A stretch of 39,794 nucleotides of DNA, taken from contig JAJYQK010000017.1 in the NCBI GenBank assembly GCA_021794645.1, forward strand, positions 1-39,794. The letters run 5' to 3'. Positions 25,342 through 33,169 of this stretch are shown piece after piece. How positions within the stretch are numbered: the stretch's first letter is position 1; the number at the start of each line of letters is the position of its first letter. This DNA comes from Actinomycetes bacterium (GTDB lineage: Bacteria; Actinomycetota; Acidimicrobiia; Acidimicrobiales; Bog-793). Below the pieces are notes generated by a model, which saw only the letters and a program-made list of their open reading frames with translations, did no database searches and was not told the origin of the DNA. Made by a program: the position numbers and the translations under genes.

Positions 25342-26444
25342 CTGCCCGCCACCTCTCTCCAGGCGGCCACGTGGGCCCGGGCGGCCTGCTCCCAGGTGAG
25401 CTGGGCCGCCCGCTCGAGGCCACGCGCCCTCAGCTCGGCCCGGCGCCGCTCCTCGAGGGCGCCCTCGAGGAGGCCGGCTGCGAGAGAGGAGAGGTCGGCG
25501 GGGTCGACCTCGATGCAGGCGCCGGCGGTGCTCGGCAGGTCGCGGCTCGCCACCACGGGCGTGCCGGCCGCCATCGCCTCACCCGCCGGCAGCCCGAACC
25601 CCTCGAACAACGGGACGTAGGCGACGAGGCGGGAGAGCACGTAGAGGCCGCTCAGGACACCCTCGTCAGCCGGGCCGGCCGCCACCACGCCCGGGGCGGG
25701 GGCGACGCCGCCCTCGCCCCAACCGGCCGGGCCGACGACCACGAGCGGCCAGGGCTCGGGCAGCTCCGGGCGGACAGAGGCGTAAGCCTGGCAGAGGCGG
25801 GCGAGGTTCTTCCTCGGCTCAAGGGTCGAGACGGTGAGGAGGAAGGGGCGCTCGGGTGCGAGGCCGCACCTCTCGAGGAAGGCACGGGCGGCCTCGAGGT
25901 CGGGTGGGGCGAGGTGGTCGAGCCCCTCGGCTACGACCCTCACCCGGTCGGCGGTGACGCCAAGGCCGGCGCCGAGGAGATCGGCGGCCGTGAGCTCGGA
26001 GGGGACGACGTACAGCTCGGCTCTTGCCGCCAGGCGGGCGAGGGCAGCCTCGTGCCAGGCGAGCCCGCGGCTGGGGTAGGCCTCGGGGAAGCGGCGCCAG
26101 GCGAGGTCGTGCACCATCGCCACGAGACCCGAGCCGACCGGGGGGAAGGCGAGCGAGGTGGCATGGACGATGGCCGGGCGCCGGCTCGAGAAGCCGAGCG
26201 GCAGCCCCCGGTCCCAGCAGCGGGTGAGGAGTGGTCCGGGCAGCGCCGAGGCGCGGAGGGGAAAGCCCTCCCCCGCCAGCGGGTCGGGCCGCCGCCCCGG
26301 CCGGCTGGCCCGCAGGCGGACCCGGGGCGCCTCGCCGCCGAGGGCGCGCAGCCCCCTCAGCAGGCCGCGGCAGTAGGTGCCGATCCCGCCCGGCAGGCGG
26401 CGGCGCAGCTGCTCCACCACGATGTCGACCTCTGGCGCCGACAC
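25338..26444 (-). CDS. GT4-family (GT-B) glycosyltransferase B
   Basis: This is the C-terminal 368 aa of track ORF 25338..27803, from in-frame GTG 26444 (VSAPEVDIVVEQL...GGIGTY). The E-x7-E region reads FEGFGLPAGEAMAAGTPVVAS. The rest of the listed ORF is an out-of-frame shadow. Confidence 0.85.
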   Translation of the reverse strand: MSAPEVDIVVEQLRRRLPGGIGTYCRGLLRGLRALGGEAPRVRLRASRPGRRPDPLAGEGFPLRASALPGPLLTRCWDRGLPLGFSSRRPAIVHATSLAFPPVGSGLVAMVHDLAWRRFPEAYPSRGLAWHEAALARLAARAELYVVPSELTAADLLGAGLGVTADRVRVVAEGLDHLAPPDLEAARAFLERCGLAPERPFLLTVSTLEPRKNLARLCQAYASVRPELPEPWPLVVVGPAGWGEGGVAPAPGVVAAGPADEGVLSGLYVLSRLVAYVPLFEGFGLPAGEAMAAGTPVVASRDLPSTAGACIEVDPADLSSLAAGLLEGALEERRRAELRARGLERAAQLTWEQAARAHVAAWREVAGR

Positions 26445-26455
26445 CGGCCCGGGGC

Positions 26456-27571
26456 TCAGCTCGCCTTCTCCGCCCGGGCCGAGCGATAGAGCTCTGTCAT
26501 CTGCTCGGCTGTCTTCTCCCAGCTGAACTCCGCCACCCGCCGGTGCCCGGCCGCCACCAGGCCCTGGCGGACCTCGGAGTCGGCGAGGGCGGCCGCCAGC
26601 GCCTGGCAGAGCTCCTCGGCATCTCCCGGCTCGACCAAGGTGGCGGCCTCTCCCACGATCTCGGGCACGCCGCCCGCCCGCGTGGCGACGACGGGCACGC
26701 CCGCAGCCATCGACTCGAGCGGTGGGAAGCCGAAGCCCTCGTACAAGGAGGGGTAGGCGAGGACAGAGGCCCCCCAGAGCAGGGCGCTTCGCTCGGCCTC
26801 GTTCACATAGCCGAGGCGGAGCACCCGGTCCTCGAGTCGGCGCTTGGTGATCGTCTCGGTGAGGGCGCCCGTGCCCCAGCCGTCCGAGCCCGCCAGCACG
26901 AGGCGGAGCTCTGGCCAGCCCTCGCTCAGCTCGTAGAAGGCCTCTACGAGGGTCGGGTAGTCCTTGCGGGGCTCGACCGTGCCGAGAGCGAGGACGTAGG
27001 GGGGCCGGACCGCCGGCTGGGCAGTCGGCTCGTCCACGGAGGGCACGCCCCAGTGGACCGCTCTCACCCGCTCGGGCGGCGCCCCCAGCAGCTCGATCAC
27101 CTCCTGGCGGACGAACTCCGAGGGGACGTGGACATGGGCGCCCCGCGAGAGGGCCGCCCGCACCAAGGAAGGGTAGGAGCGGCTGGCGGCCGTGCAGAGC
27201 TCGGGGTAGCGGACGGCGGTGAGATCGTGGACGGTCACGACGCCAGCCGCTCGGGTGAGCGGCGGCACGGAGAAGTTCGTCCCGTGGACGACATCGACCC
27301 GTCCGGTGAGGAGGCCGGCAGGAAGCGAGAGGCCCCGGCGCCAGCCGGCCTGGGCGAGCCGGGTGGGAAGAGGCGTGCCCCTGAAGGGCACCGACCGCGG
27401 CAGCTCCCGGTGGGCGACGAAGGGCTGGCGGGCGACGGCATAGGCGCTCACCGCCACGTCCTCCCTCGCTACCAGGGCCTCGAGCAGCCCCCGGCAGGCC
27501 GCGCCCACTCCGGAGGGCTGGCCGACGAGCGGCAGGACGTCGAGCGCCACGGCGAGGCGGTCCCTTCTCAC
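26456..27571 (-). CDS. GT4-family (GT-B) glycosyltransferase C
   Basis: ORF 26456..27727 trimmed to in-frame GTG 27571, which overlaps the cofE stop (GTGA). The sequence reads VALDVLPLVGQPSGVG... with the E-x7-E region YEGFGFPPLESMAAGVPVVAT. Confidence 0.85.
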   Translation of the reverse strand: MRRDRLAVALDVLPLVGQPSGVGAACRGLLEALVAREDVAVSAYAVARQPFVAHRELPRSVPFRGTPLPTRLAQAGWRRGLSLPAGLLTGRVDVVHGTNFSVPPLTRAAGVVTVHDLTAVRYPELCTAASRSYPSLVRAALSRGAHVHVPSEFVRQEVIELLGAPPERVRAVHWGVPSVDEPTAQPAVRPPYVLALGTVEPRKDYPTLVEAFYELSEGWPELRLVLAGSDGWGTGALTETITKRRLEDRVLRLGYVNEAERSALLWGASVLAYPSLYEGFGFPPLESMAAGVPVVATRAGGVPEIVGEAATLVEPGDAEELCQALAAALADSEVRQGLVAAGHRRVAEFSWEKTAEQMTELYRSARAEKAS

Positions 27572-28272
27572 CGGAAGAGGTCCTCGGCATAGGGCCGCAC
27601 CACCTCGCCGATGACGGAGCCCTCGCCGAGAGCCGAGGGGTCCACCCCCCGCACGACCGCCACGGGCACGCCCGAGGCCTTGCCCATGACGAGCTCGGCT
27701 GCCCCGGCGATCTCGTCGACGAGGCACATCTCGGTCGCCACGAGCTCACGGCCGAGAGCGTCGCGGCTGCCGCGCAGGTCGACGATGCCCCGGATGCCGG
27801 CACAGCCGATGGCCACGTCCACCACGCCGCGGCGCCAGGCCCGCCCGAAGGTGTCGGAGATGACGACGGCGACCAGGCGTCCCGTGCGGGCCCGCAGGCC
27901 GTCGCGGATCCGTCGAGCCGAGCGATCGGGGTCCTCGGGCAGGAGGGCGGCCGTCCCCTCGGCTACGTTCGAGAGGTCGATGCCCGAGTTGGCGCAGACG
28001 TAGCCGTGCCGGGTCTCGGTCACCACGAGCTCGCCCCGGCGGCGCAGCACCCGCACCGCCTCTGACTCGGCCAGCCTCCTCTTGGCCACCGGGTCGGCCG
28101 GGTCGATCTCGACCATGCGGCCCTCGGCCTTCGAGACGATCTTCTGGGTGACGACGACGACGTCGCCCTCTGCGAGGGCGACGGCCCCGGCGATCATCGA
28201 GGCGAGATCGGCGCCGCGGGCTATCTCGGGCAGGCCGGAGACCGGCAGGACGGTGAGGCTTGCCGGCACCAC
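27568..28272 (-). CDS. cofE: Coenzyme F420-0:L-glutamate ligase, single-domain (CofE type)
   Basis: ORF 27568..28512 trimmed to GTG 28272 (or 28269). The sequence reads LTVLPVSGLPEIARGADLASMI..VVVTQKIVSKAEGR..NSGID..SDTFGRAWR.. and ends RPYAEDLFR. The stop follows directly, so there is no nitroreductase-like C-terminal domain. Confidence 0.88.
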   Translation of the reverse strand: MVPASLTVLPVSGLPEIARGADLASMIAGAVALAEGDVVVVTQKIVSKAEGRMVEIDPADPVAKRRLAESEAVRVLRRRGELVVTETRHGYVCANSGIDLSNVAEGTAALLPEDPDRSARRIRDGLRARTGRLVAVVISDTFGRAWRRGVVDVAIGCAGIRGIVDLRGSRDALGRELVATEMCLVDEIAGAAELVMGKASGVPVAVVRGVDPSALGEGSVIGEVVRPYAEDLFR

Positions 28273-28306
28273 GGGAGCTGAGTCTTGTCGCTGCGGGCTG
28301 TCGTCG

Positions 28307-29248
28307 CTACCCGAGCGGTCCGGCGGCGGCCAGCACCGCCTCCGCCAGAACGGCCGCAGCCCTGCCATCGGACATGACCGCCGGGGCGAGGACCGGGCGC
28401 ATGCCCGCCGCCGAGACCGCCCCCTGCTCGGAGGAGTCCCCCTCGTCGATGACGAGCGTGGCGGCGACCCGGGCGAGGCGGGCGGCCACCCCGGCGGCGC
28501 TGGCCTGGCCACCGAGCTCGACCAGAAGGCGGTCTGCCGGCCCCTTCAGGGCCTTCCCACCCACTATCGGGGAGACGGCCACGACCGACTCCCGCCTGCT
28601 CGAGAGCAGCTCGCTCACCCCGGGGAGGGCGAGGATCGGGCCGATCGAGACGACCGGGTTCGAGGGGGCGACCACGACGAGGTCTGCCCGGGCGAGGGCC
28701 TCCATGGCGGCCGGGCTCGGGGCGGCCTCCTCCGCCCCGAGGAACGAGACGGCCTCGACGGCCACCTCGTGGCGGTGCTGGACGAAGTACTCCTGGAAGG
28801 CGAGACGGCCTCCGCTCTTGGCGATGAGCTCCGTGCGCACCGGGTCGTCGCTCATCGGCAGGAGCCGGAGGCGAAGCCCGAAGGCACGGGCGATCTCGGC
28901 GCTCACCTCGGTGAGCGAGGCTCCCTCTGCCAGCCGTCCGGTCCGGTAGAGATGGGTGCCGAGGTCACGGTCGCCGAGGCGGAACCAGGTGCGCTCGGGG
29001 CCGCCGATCCGCTCGAGCGCCTCCATCGCCTGCCAGCTCTCCCCCTCGAGCCCCCAGCCCGTGGCGGGGTTCACCGAGCCCGAGAGGGTGTAGGTGATGG
29101 TGTCGAGGTCGGGGCAGATGTACAGGCCGTGCATGACGGCGTCGTCGCCCGTGTTGACCACCGCCGCGAGCTGTTCTTCCTCCACCACCTGCACGAGGCC
29201 GGTGAGGAGGCGGGCCGCTCCGACGCCGCCGCAGAGGACGGCTATCAC
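28307..29248 (-). CDS. cofD: 2-phospho-L-lactate (LPPG:FO) transferase
   Basis: ORF 28307..29314 trimmed to GTG 29248 (GTGA overlap with the upstream stop). VIAVLCGGVGAARLL, NTGDD, ICPDLDT, WFRLGDRDLGTHL and APSNPVVSIGPILALPG align along the whole length with mycobacterial FbiA as I remember it. Confidence 0.9.
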   Translation of the reverse strand: MIAVLCGGVGAARLLTGLVQVVEEEQLAAVVNTGDDAVMHGLYICPDLDTITYTLSGSVNPATGWGLEGESWQAMEALERIGGPERTWFRLGDRDLGTHLYRTGRLAEGASLTEVSAEIARAFGLRLRLLPMSDDPVRTELIAKSGGRLAFQEYFVQHRHEVAVEAVSFLGAEEAAPSPAAMEALARADLVVVAPSNPVVSIGPILALPGVSELLSSRRESVVAVSPIVGGKALKGPADRLLVELGGQASAAGVAARLARVAATLVIDEGDSSEQGAVSAAGMRPVLAPAVMSDGRAAAVLAEAVLAAAGPLG

Positions 29249-30237
29249 AGCCGGGCGGTCGGTGCCCGGAAGTACTCGAGCACTGCGGCCGCCCCCTTCT
29301 CGAGGGTGGTCCACGGCTTCCAGCCGAGGTGGATCGAGGCACGGTCCGGGTCGAGGGAGTTCCGCCGCAAGTCGCCCGGGCGCTCGGGCCCGTGCTTGGG
29401 CGCGGCGGAGCTGCCGGCGGCGGCGGCCACCACCTCGTAGAGGTGGTTGGTGGTCGTCTCGAGGCCCGTCCCGATGTTGAGCACCAGGCCACCGCCCCGG
29501 CGGGCAGCTCGGGCGAAGGCGTCGACGACGTCATCGACGAAGACGTAGTCGCGGCTGTGCTCCCCGTCTCCGAAGATCGTGCAGGTCTCCCCCTGCAAGA
29601 GCCGCTCGGCGAAGATGGCGACCACGCCGGCCTCACCGTGCGGGCTCTGGCGCGGGCCGTAGACGTTGGCGAGGGCGAGGGCCGTGAACTCGAGCCCGTG
29701 CAGCTTGCGGTAGGTGGCCATGTAGCCGATCGGAGCGGCCTTGGAGACCCCGTAGGGCGAGAGGGGGGCATGGGGCAGGTGCTCGCCTATGGGCAGGTCC
29801 GAGCCATCCGGCTCGCCATAGAGGGTGCCCCCGCTGGCGGCGTAGACGACCTTTCGCACCTTCGCCTGGCGGGCCGCCTCCAGCACTGCCAGCGAGCCGA
29901 TGACGTTCACCTCGGCATCGAAGACCGGCCTGTCGACCGAGGCCTTCACCGAGATCTGGGCCGCCAGGTGGAAGATGACATCGAAGCGGCGGCGTTGCAC
30001 CAGCTCTGTCAGCCTCTCGTCGCGGATGTCGAGGTTGTGAAAGCGGAAGCTGCCCCCCGATGCCCTCGCCTCGGCCAGGTTCGAGAGGGCGCCCGTGCTG
30101 AGGTCGTCTACCACGTCGACCTCGTGGCCCTCGGCCAGCAGGCGGTCGACGAGGTTCGAGCCTATGAAGCCAGCGCCGCCAGTGACGAGGCAGCGCAGCG
30201 GCCCCTGGGCGGGCTTCCCACCGCCGGCGCGCGCCAT
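29245..30237 (-). CDS. UDP-glucose 4-epimerase-like NAD-dependent epimerase/dehydratase
   Basis: 330 aa with GGAGFIGSNLV and the catalytic YGVSK. The sequence is an extended SDR typical of the GalE family. Exact substrate is unknown. Confidence 0.8.
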   Translation of the reverse strand: MARAGGGKPAQGPLRCLVTGGAGFIGSNLVDRLLAEGHEVDVVDDLSTGALSNLAEARASGGSFRFHNLDIRDERLTELVQRRRFDVIFHLAAQISVKASVDRPVFDAEVNVIGSLAVLEAARQAKVRKVVYAASGGTLYGEPDGSDLPIGEHLPHAPLSPYGVSKAAPIGYMATYRKLHGLEFTALALANVYGPRQSPHGEAGVVAIFAERLLQGETCTIFGDGEHSRDYVFVDDVVDAFARAARRGGGLVLNIGTGLETTTNHLYEVVAAAAGSSAAPKHGPERPGDLRRNSLDPDRASIHLGWKPWTTLEKGAAAVLEYFRAPTARL

Positions 30238-30244
30238 CGTGGCC

Positions 30245-31324
30245 TCAGCGGCCCCCGAGGCGGGCGGCCGCCAGGGCGGTCGCCTCCGCTACCTTCTCCC
30301 CGCCGGCGACGATCGAGAACTCCGTCACCTTGGCGCCCGCTCCCACCTCCGCCCCGGGCCCGATGATCGAGCTGTCGATGACCGCCCCGGGCCCGATGAC
30401 CGCCCCGGCCATGACGAAAGAGCGGCTGAGACGGGCGCCCACGCCCACCCCGGCACCGGCGCCGACGACCGACTCGCTCACCTCGGCGCCCTCTTCGAGC
30501 TCCGCCTCGGCGCCGACGTAGCTCGGGCCGGTCACGCTCGCCGCGATCCGGGCGGAGGGATGGGCGAAGACGCCGGTGGCCAGCTCGGGGACCGGTGGCA
30601 GGCAGTCGGCCGCCCGGCGGCGGGCAAGGATGTCGAAAGAGGCCTGCAGGTACTTCTCGGGCGTGCCGGTGTCCAGCCAGTAGGCCTCCGAGGAGAGGGC
30701 GTAGAGCGTCCCCTTATCGACGAGGGAGGGGAAGGTCTCCCGCTCGATGGAGACCCGCCGGCCCGCCGGCACGAGGTCGAGCACCTCCCGCTCGAGCAGG
30801 TAGCAGCCGGCGCTGATCTGGTTGGTCGGGGCGGTGCCGGGAGGGGGCTTCTCTATGAAGGCCTTCACCCGGCCGTCGTCCTCGGTCGGCACGACGCCGA
30901 AGGCCGAGGGATCTGACACCGGTGTCAGCTGGATGGTGGCCAAGCCGCCGTGGGCCTCGTGGAAGGAGGCGAGCGCCGGGATGTCGAAGTCGGAGAGGAC
31001 GTCGCCGTTGAGGACGAGGAACCGCTCACCGATCCCGGCCGCCTCGGCGGCAAAGCGCACGGCTCCGGCGGTGTCGAGCAGCTCGGGCTCGACCGCGAAG
31101 GCGAGGCGGGCGCCGGCCAGCTCGCCCTCGGGGTAGGCCCGCTGGAACTCGTCGGGCCGATAGCCGAGCGAGAGCACCACCCGGTCGACCCCGTGGCGGG
31201 CGAGCCAGCCCACCACGTGCTCGATCATGGGCCGGTCGACAACCGGCAGCATCTGCTTGGGTACGTCGTAGGTGAGCGGGCGGAGCCTCGTTCCCTCCCC
31301 GCCGACGAGGACTATGGCGTCCAT
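30245..31324 (-). CDS. manC: Mannose-1-phosphate guanylyltransferase (NTP-transferase + left-handed beta-helix)
   Basis: 359 aa. It has GGEGTRLRPLT near the N-terminus and hexapeptide repeats at the C-terminus. The length and architecture match actinobacterial GDP-mannose pyrophosphorylase rather than the shorter RmlA, which lacks the beta-helix. Confidence 0.85.
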   Translation of the reverse strand: MDAIVLVGGEGTRLRPLTYDVPKQMLPVVDRPMIEHVVGWLARHGVDRVVLSLGYRPDEFQRAYPEGELAGARLAFAVEPELLDTAGAVRFAAEAAGIGERFLVLNGDVLSDFDIPALASFHEAHGGLATIQLTPVSDPSAFGVVPTEDDGRVKAFIEKPPPGTAPTNQISAGCYLLEREVLDLVPAGRRVSIERETFPSLVDKGTLYALSSEAYWLDTGTPEKYLQASFDILARRRAADCLPPVPELATGVFAHPSARIAASVTGPSYVGAEAELEEGAEVSESVVGAGAGVGVGARLSRSFVMAGAVIGPGAVIDSSIIGPGAEVGAGAKVTEFSIVAGGEKVAEATALAAARLGGR

Positions 31325-32271
31325 CAGCCGCCCGAGGAGCTCTTCGTGGTCGTCGAGGTGCTCGTGGTGGAGCTGGCGGGCGAGGTGGCCGGGACCGAGG
31401 AGGCCGGCAGCGTGCTCCCCGTGGTGCCGGTGCTCGACGGGACGGAGGAGGCCGGCAGCGTGCTCCCCGTGGTGCCGGTGCTGAGGCCCGCCGGGTTGGC
31501 GATGAGGTACTGGGCGATGGCGCCGGCCGAGGAGGGCTTCGGGATGGAGGCGCCCTTCGGCACGAAGGCGATCGTGAAGAGCTGGCCGTTCTTGAATCGG
31601 ATGGCGGTCGCGTTCCTCGTGTAGATCTTGCCGGACTTGGCCGAGGGCGAGGCCCAGACCTCTGTCTGGACGACGCCCTTGCCGCCCTCGCAGCGCTGGC
31701 CGTTGCTGTAGCTCCTGGCCGGTGCGAGCGTCGTCGTGGTCGTCGAGGTGCTCGTGGTGGAGCTGGCGGGCGAGGTGGACGTCGAGCTCTTGGCGGGCGC
31801 CGTCGTGGTCGTGGTGGTGCTGGGCCGCACGGGCGGCGTGATCGTGAGGTTCGTCGTCGTGAGCGATATCCCGGCCGGCACGAGGAAGGCGTTGAGGGTG
31901 GCGTGGCTGCCGCTGGCGCTGCCGGCGGGCGAGGCGAGCGCCGGGGCGATCGTCACGACGCCGCTGCCGTCGGTGGTGAAGGGGCCGGGCGTCGTCGAGG
32001 CGGGCAGCTTTTGCATCTTGCCGCAGATGTCGAGCTCCAGGCCTACCTTCCAGAGGTTCTGGGCCGTCGGCGGGGTGTTGTTCTTTGCCTTGGCGGTGGC
32101 CGTCGCCGGGTGGGAGACCTCGTAGCGGCTGTAGGCGATGAGGGCGATCCCGACGACGCAGATGAGAAAGACGATGGCGTACCAGCTGAGCGGTGTCTGG
32201 CGCCGGTAGCCCCGCCCACCGCCGACGGAAGCAGCGCGCGCGACCCTACGGCTGAAATTCTCCCCGGGCAT
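31324..32271 (-). CDS. Membrane-anchored Ser/Thr/Pro-rich envelope protein with internal repeats (hypothetical)
   Basis: ORF 31324..32364; I prefer ATG 32271 (MPGENFSRR...). A basic N-terminal tail is followed by one TM segment (WYAIVFLICVVGIALIAY). Two small globular segments are separated and followed by poly-Thr/Ser linkers. The C-terminus carries the tandem STGTTGSTLPASSVP x2. The stop overlaps the manC start (TGATG). Confidence 0.7.
   Translation of the reverse strand: MPGENFSRRVARAASVGGGRGYRRQTPLSWYAIVFLICVVGIALIAYSRYEVSHPATATAKAKNNTPPTAQNLWKVGLELDICGKMQKLPASTTPGPFTTDGSGVVTIAPALASPAGSASGSHATLNAFLVPAGISLTTTNLTITPPVRPSTTTTTTAPAKSSTSTSPASSTTSTSTTTTTLAPARSYSNGQRCEGGKGVVQTEVWASPSAKSGKIYTRNATAIRFKNGQLFTIAFVPKGASIPKPSSAGAIAQYLIANPAGLSTGTTGSTLPASSVPSSTGTTGSTLPASSVPATSPASSTTSTSTTTKSSSGG
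31346..31388 (-). repeat. Dispersed intragenic direct repeat, copy A (43 nt)
   Basis: GTGGTCGTCGAGGTGCTCGTGGTGGAGCTGGCGGGCGAGGTGG is identical to 31736..31778. It encodes ...SPASSTTSTSTTT. Confidence 0.85.
31390..31482 (-). repeat. 48-bp tandem direct repeat x2 inside the Ser/Thr-rich gene
   Basis: GAGGAGGCCGGCAGCGTGCTCCCCGTGGTGCCGGTGCT occurs twice with a 48-nt period. It encodes STGTTGSTLPASSVP twice. Confidence 0.9.
31736..31778 (-). repeat. Dispersed intragenic direct repeat, copy B (43 nt)
   Basis: Identical to 31346..31388, 390 nt away in the same gene and the same frame. Confidence 0.85.
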
Positions 32272-33169
32272 GGCTCCCCACATTAGCTCTGGCCAGCAGC
32301 TCGTCCCGAACGGGTCGCAGGAGGTGGTCGGCCCAGGAGAGCAGCAGCCTGGCGGCGAGGCCAACCGCCATCAGCGGGAGGAGCGCCCGCTCCCAGCCCT
32401 GCGCAGTGCGAGCGGCGAACCGCCACATGGAGCTGTGGTGGGCGAGGAGCATCCGATAGGGGTGGCGCGAGGTGGAGACGCCCTGCTCGTGGTCGACGGC
32501 GGCCGCCGGCTCGTACCAGACGGTCCAGCCGGCCCGGTGGAGGCGCCAGCAGAGGTCGACGTCCTCGACGTACATGAAGTAACCCTCGTCGAAGCCGCCG
32601 ACCGAGTCGAAGGCGAGTTTGCGGGCCACCATGAAGGCGCCCGACACCCAGTCGGCCTCCCGCGAGGCGTGCTGGTCGGAGCCGAGGTGGCGGTACCGCC
32701 GCGTCCAGGGGTTGCCACCCCAGAAGAGGCCGACGAAGGCATGCCCGATGGCGCCGGCGAGGCCGGGGAACTCCCGGCCCGAGGGGTAGACCTCTCCCGT
32801 TCGGTCCCGCAGCATCGGACCGACGAGGCCGATCGAGTCGTCCTCGTCCAGGCGCTTCACCAGGGCGGCCAGCGCACCCGGGCGCGCCGTCAGGTCCGGG
32901 TTGCAGATCAGCAGGTAGGGCTCCGAGGTCGCCCGGGCACCGAGGTTGGCCGCCCCGCCGTAGCCGAGGTTGCGACCCGGCTCGATCAGGCGAAAGCCGG
33001 TCTCGCTCTGGCGGAGCAGGGCGACCGAGCCGTCGGCCGAGCCGTTGTCGACGACCAGCACCTCGGCCACGCCCTCGGCTGTCAGGTTCTCCACGCAGCT
33101 GGCGAGGGCGGCGCCGGCGTTGTAGTTGACCACGACGGCCGCCACCGGCAGCCGCCCTCCGCCCGGCAT
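32246..33169 (-). CDS. wbbL: GT2 rhamnosyltransferase, WbbL-like
   Basis: ORF 32246..33214 trimmed to ATG 33169, which overlaps the rmlD stop (TGATG). It has VVVNYNAG, VVDNGSADGS, NLGYGGAAN, WVSGAFM and YVEDVDLCWR. It is adjacent to rmlD, as in mycobacteria. Confidence 0.85.
   Translation of the reverse strand: MPGGGRLPVAAVVVNYNAGAALASCVENLTAEGVAEVLVVDNGSADGSVALLRQSETGFRLIEPGRNLGYGGAANLGARATSEPYLLICNPDLTARPGALAALVKRLDEDDSIGLVGPMLRDRTGEVYPSGREFPGLAGAIGHAFVGLFWGGNPWTRRYRHLGSDQHASREADWVSGAFMVARKLAFDSVGGFDEGYFMYVEDVDLCWRLHRAGWTVWYEPAAAVDHEQGVSTSRHPYRMLLAHHSSMWRFAARTAQGWERALLPLMAVGLAARLLLSWADHLLRPVRDELLARANVGSHARGEFQP

Noticed and set aside
27568-29248. cofD-cofE as a horizontally acquired insertion in the glycan operon.
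   Set aside because: Codon and GC character look the same as the flanking genes. There are no flanking repeats or mobility genes. The fbiA/fbiB to manC/wbbL/rmlD neighbourhood is ancient in the phylum (M. tuberculosis gene order, as recalled). The interesting point is the coupling and the domain loss, not acquisition.
30245-31324. Could this nucleotidyltransferase be the missing RmlA (glucose-1-phosphate thymidylyltransferase) of the rml genes in the same operon?
   Set aside because: It is 359 aa with a C-terminal hexapeptide-repeat beta-helix. That is the architecture of actinobacterial GDP-mannose pyrophosphorylase, not of the roughly 290-aa RmlA. Substrate promiscuity cannot be excluded from sequence alone.
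31346-31778. Direct repeats as a possible CRISPR-like or mobile-element signature.
   Set aside because: There are only two copies of each repeat. They are in frame inside one coding sequence and encode Ser/Thr/Pro linkers. There is no repeat-spacer periodicity and there are no cas or transposase genes anywhere in the window.
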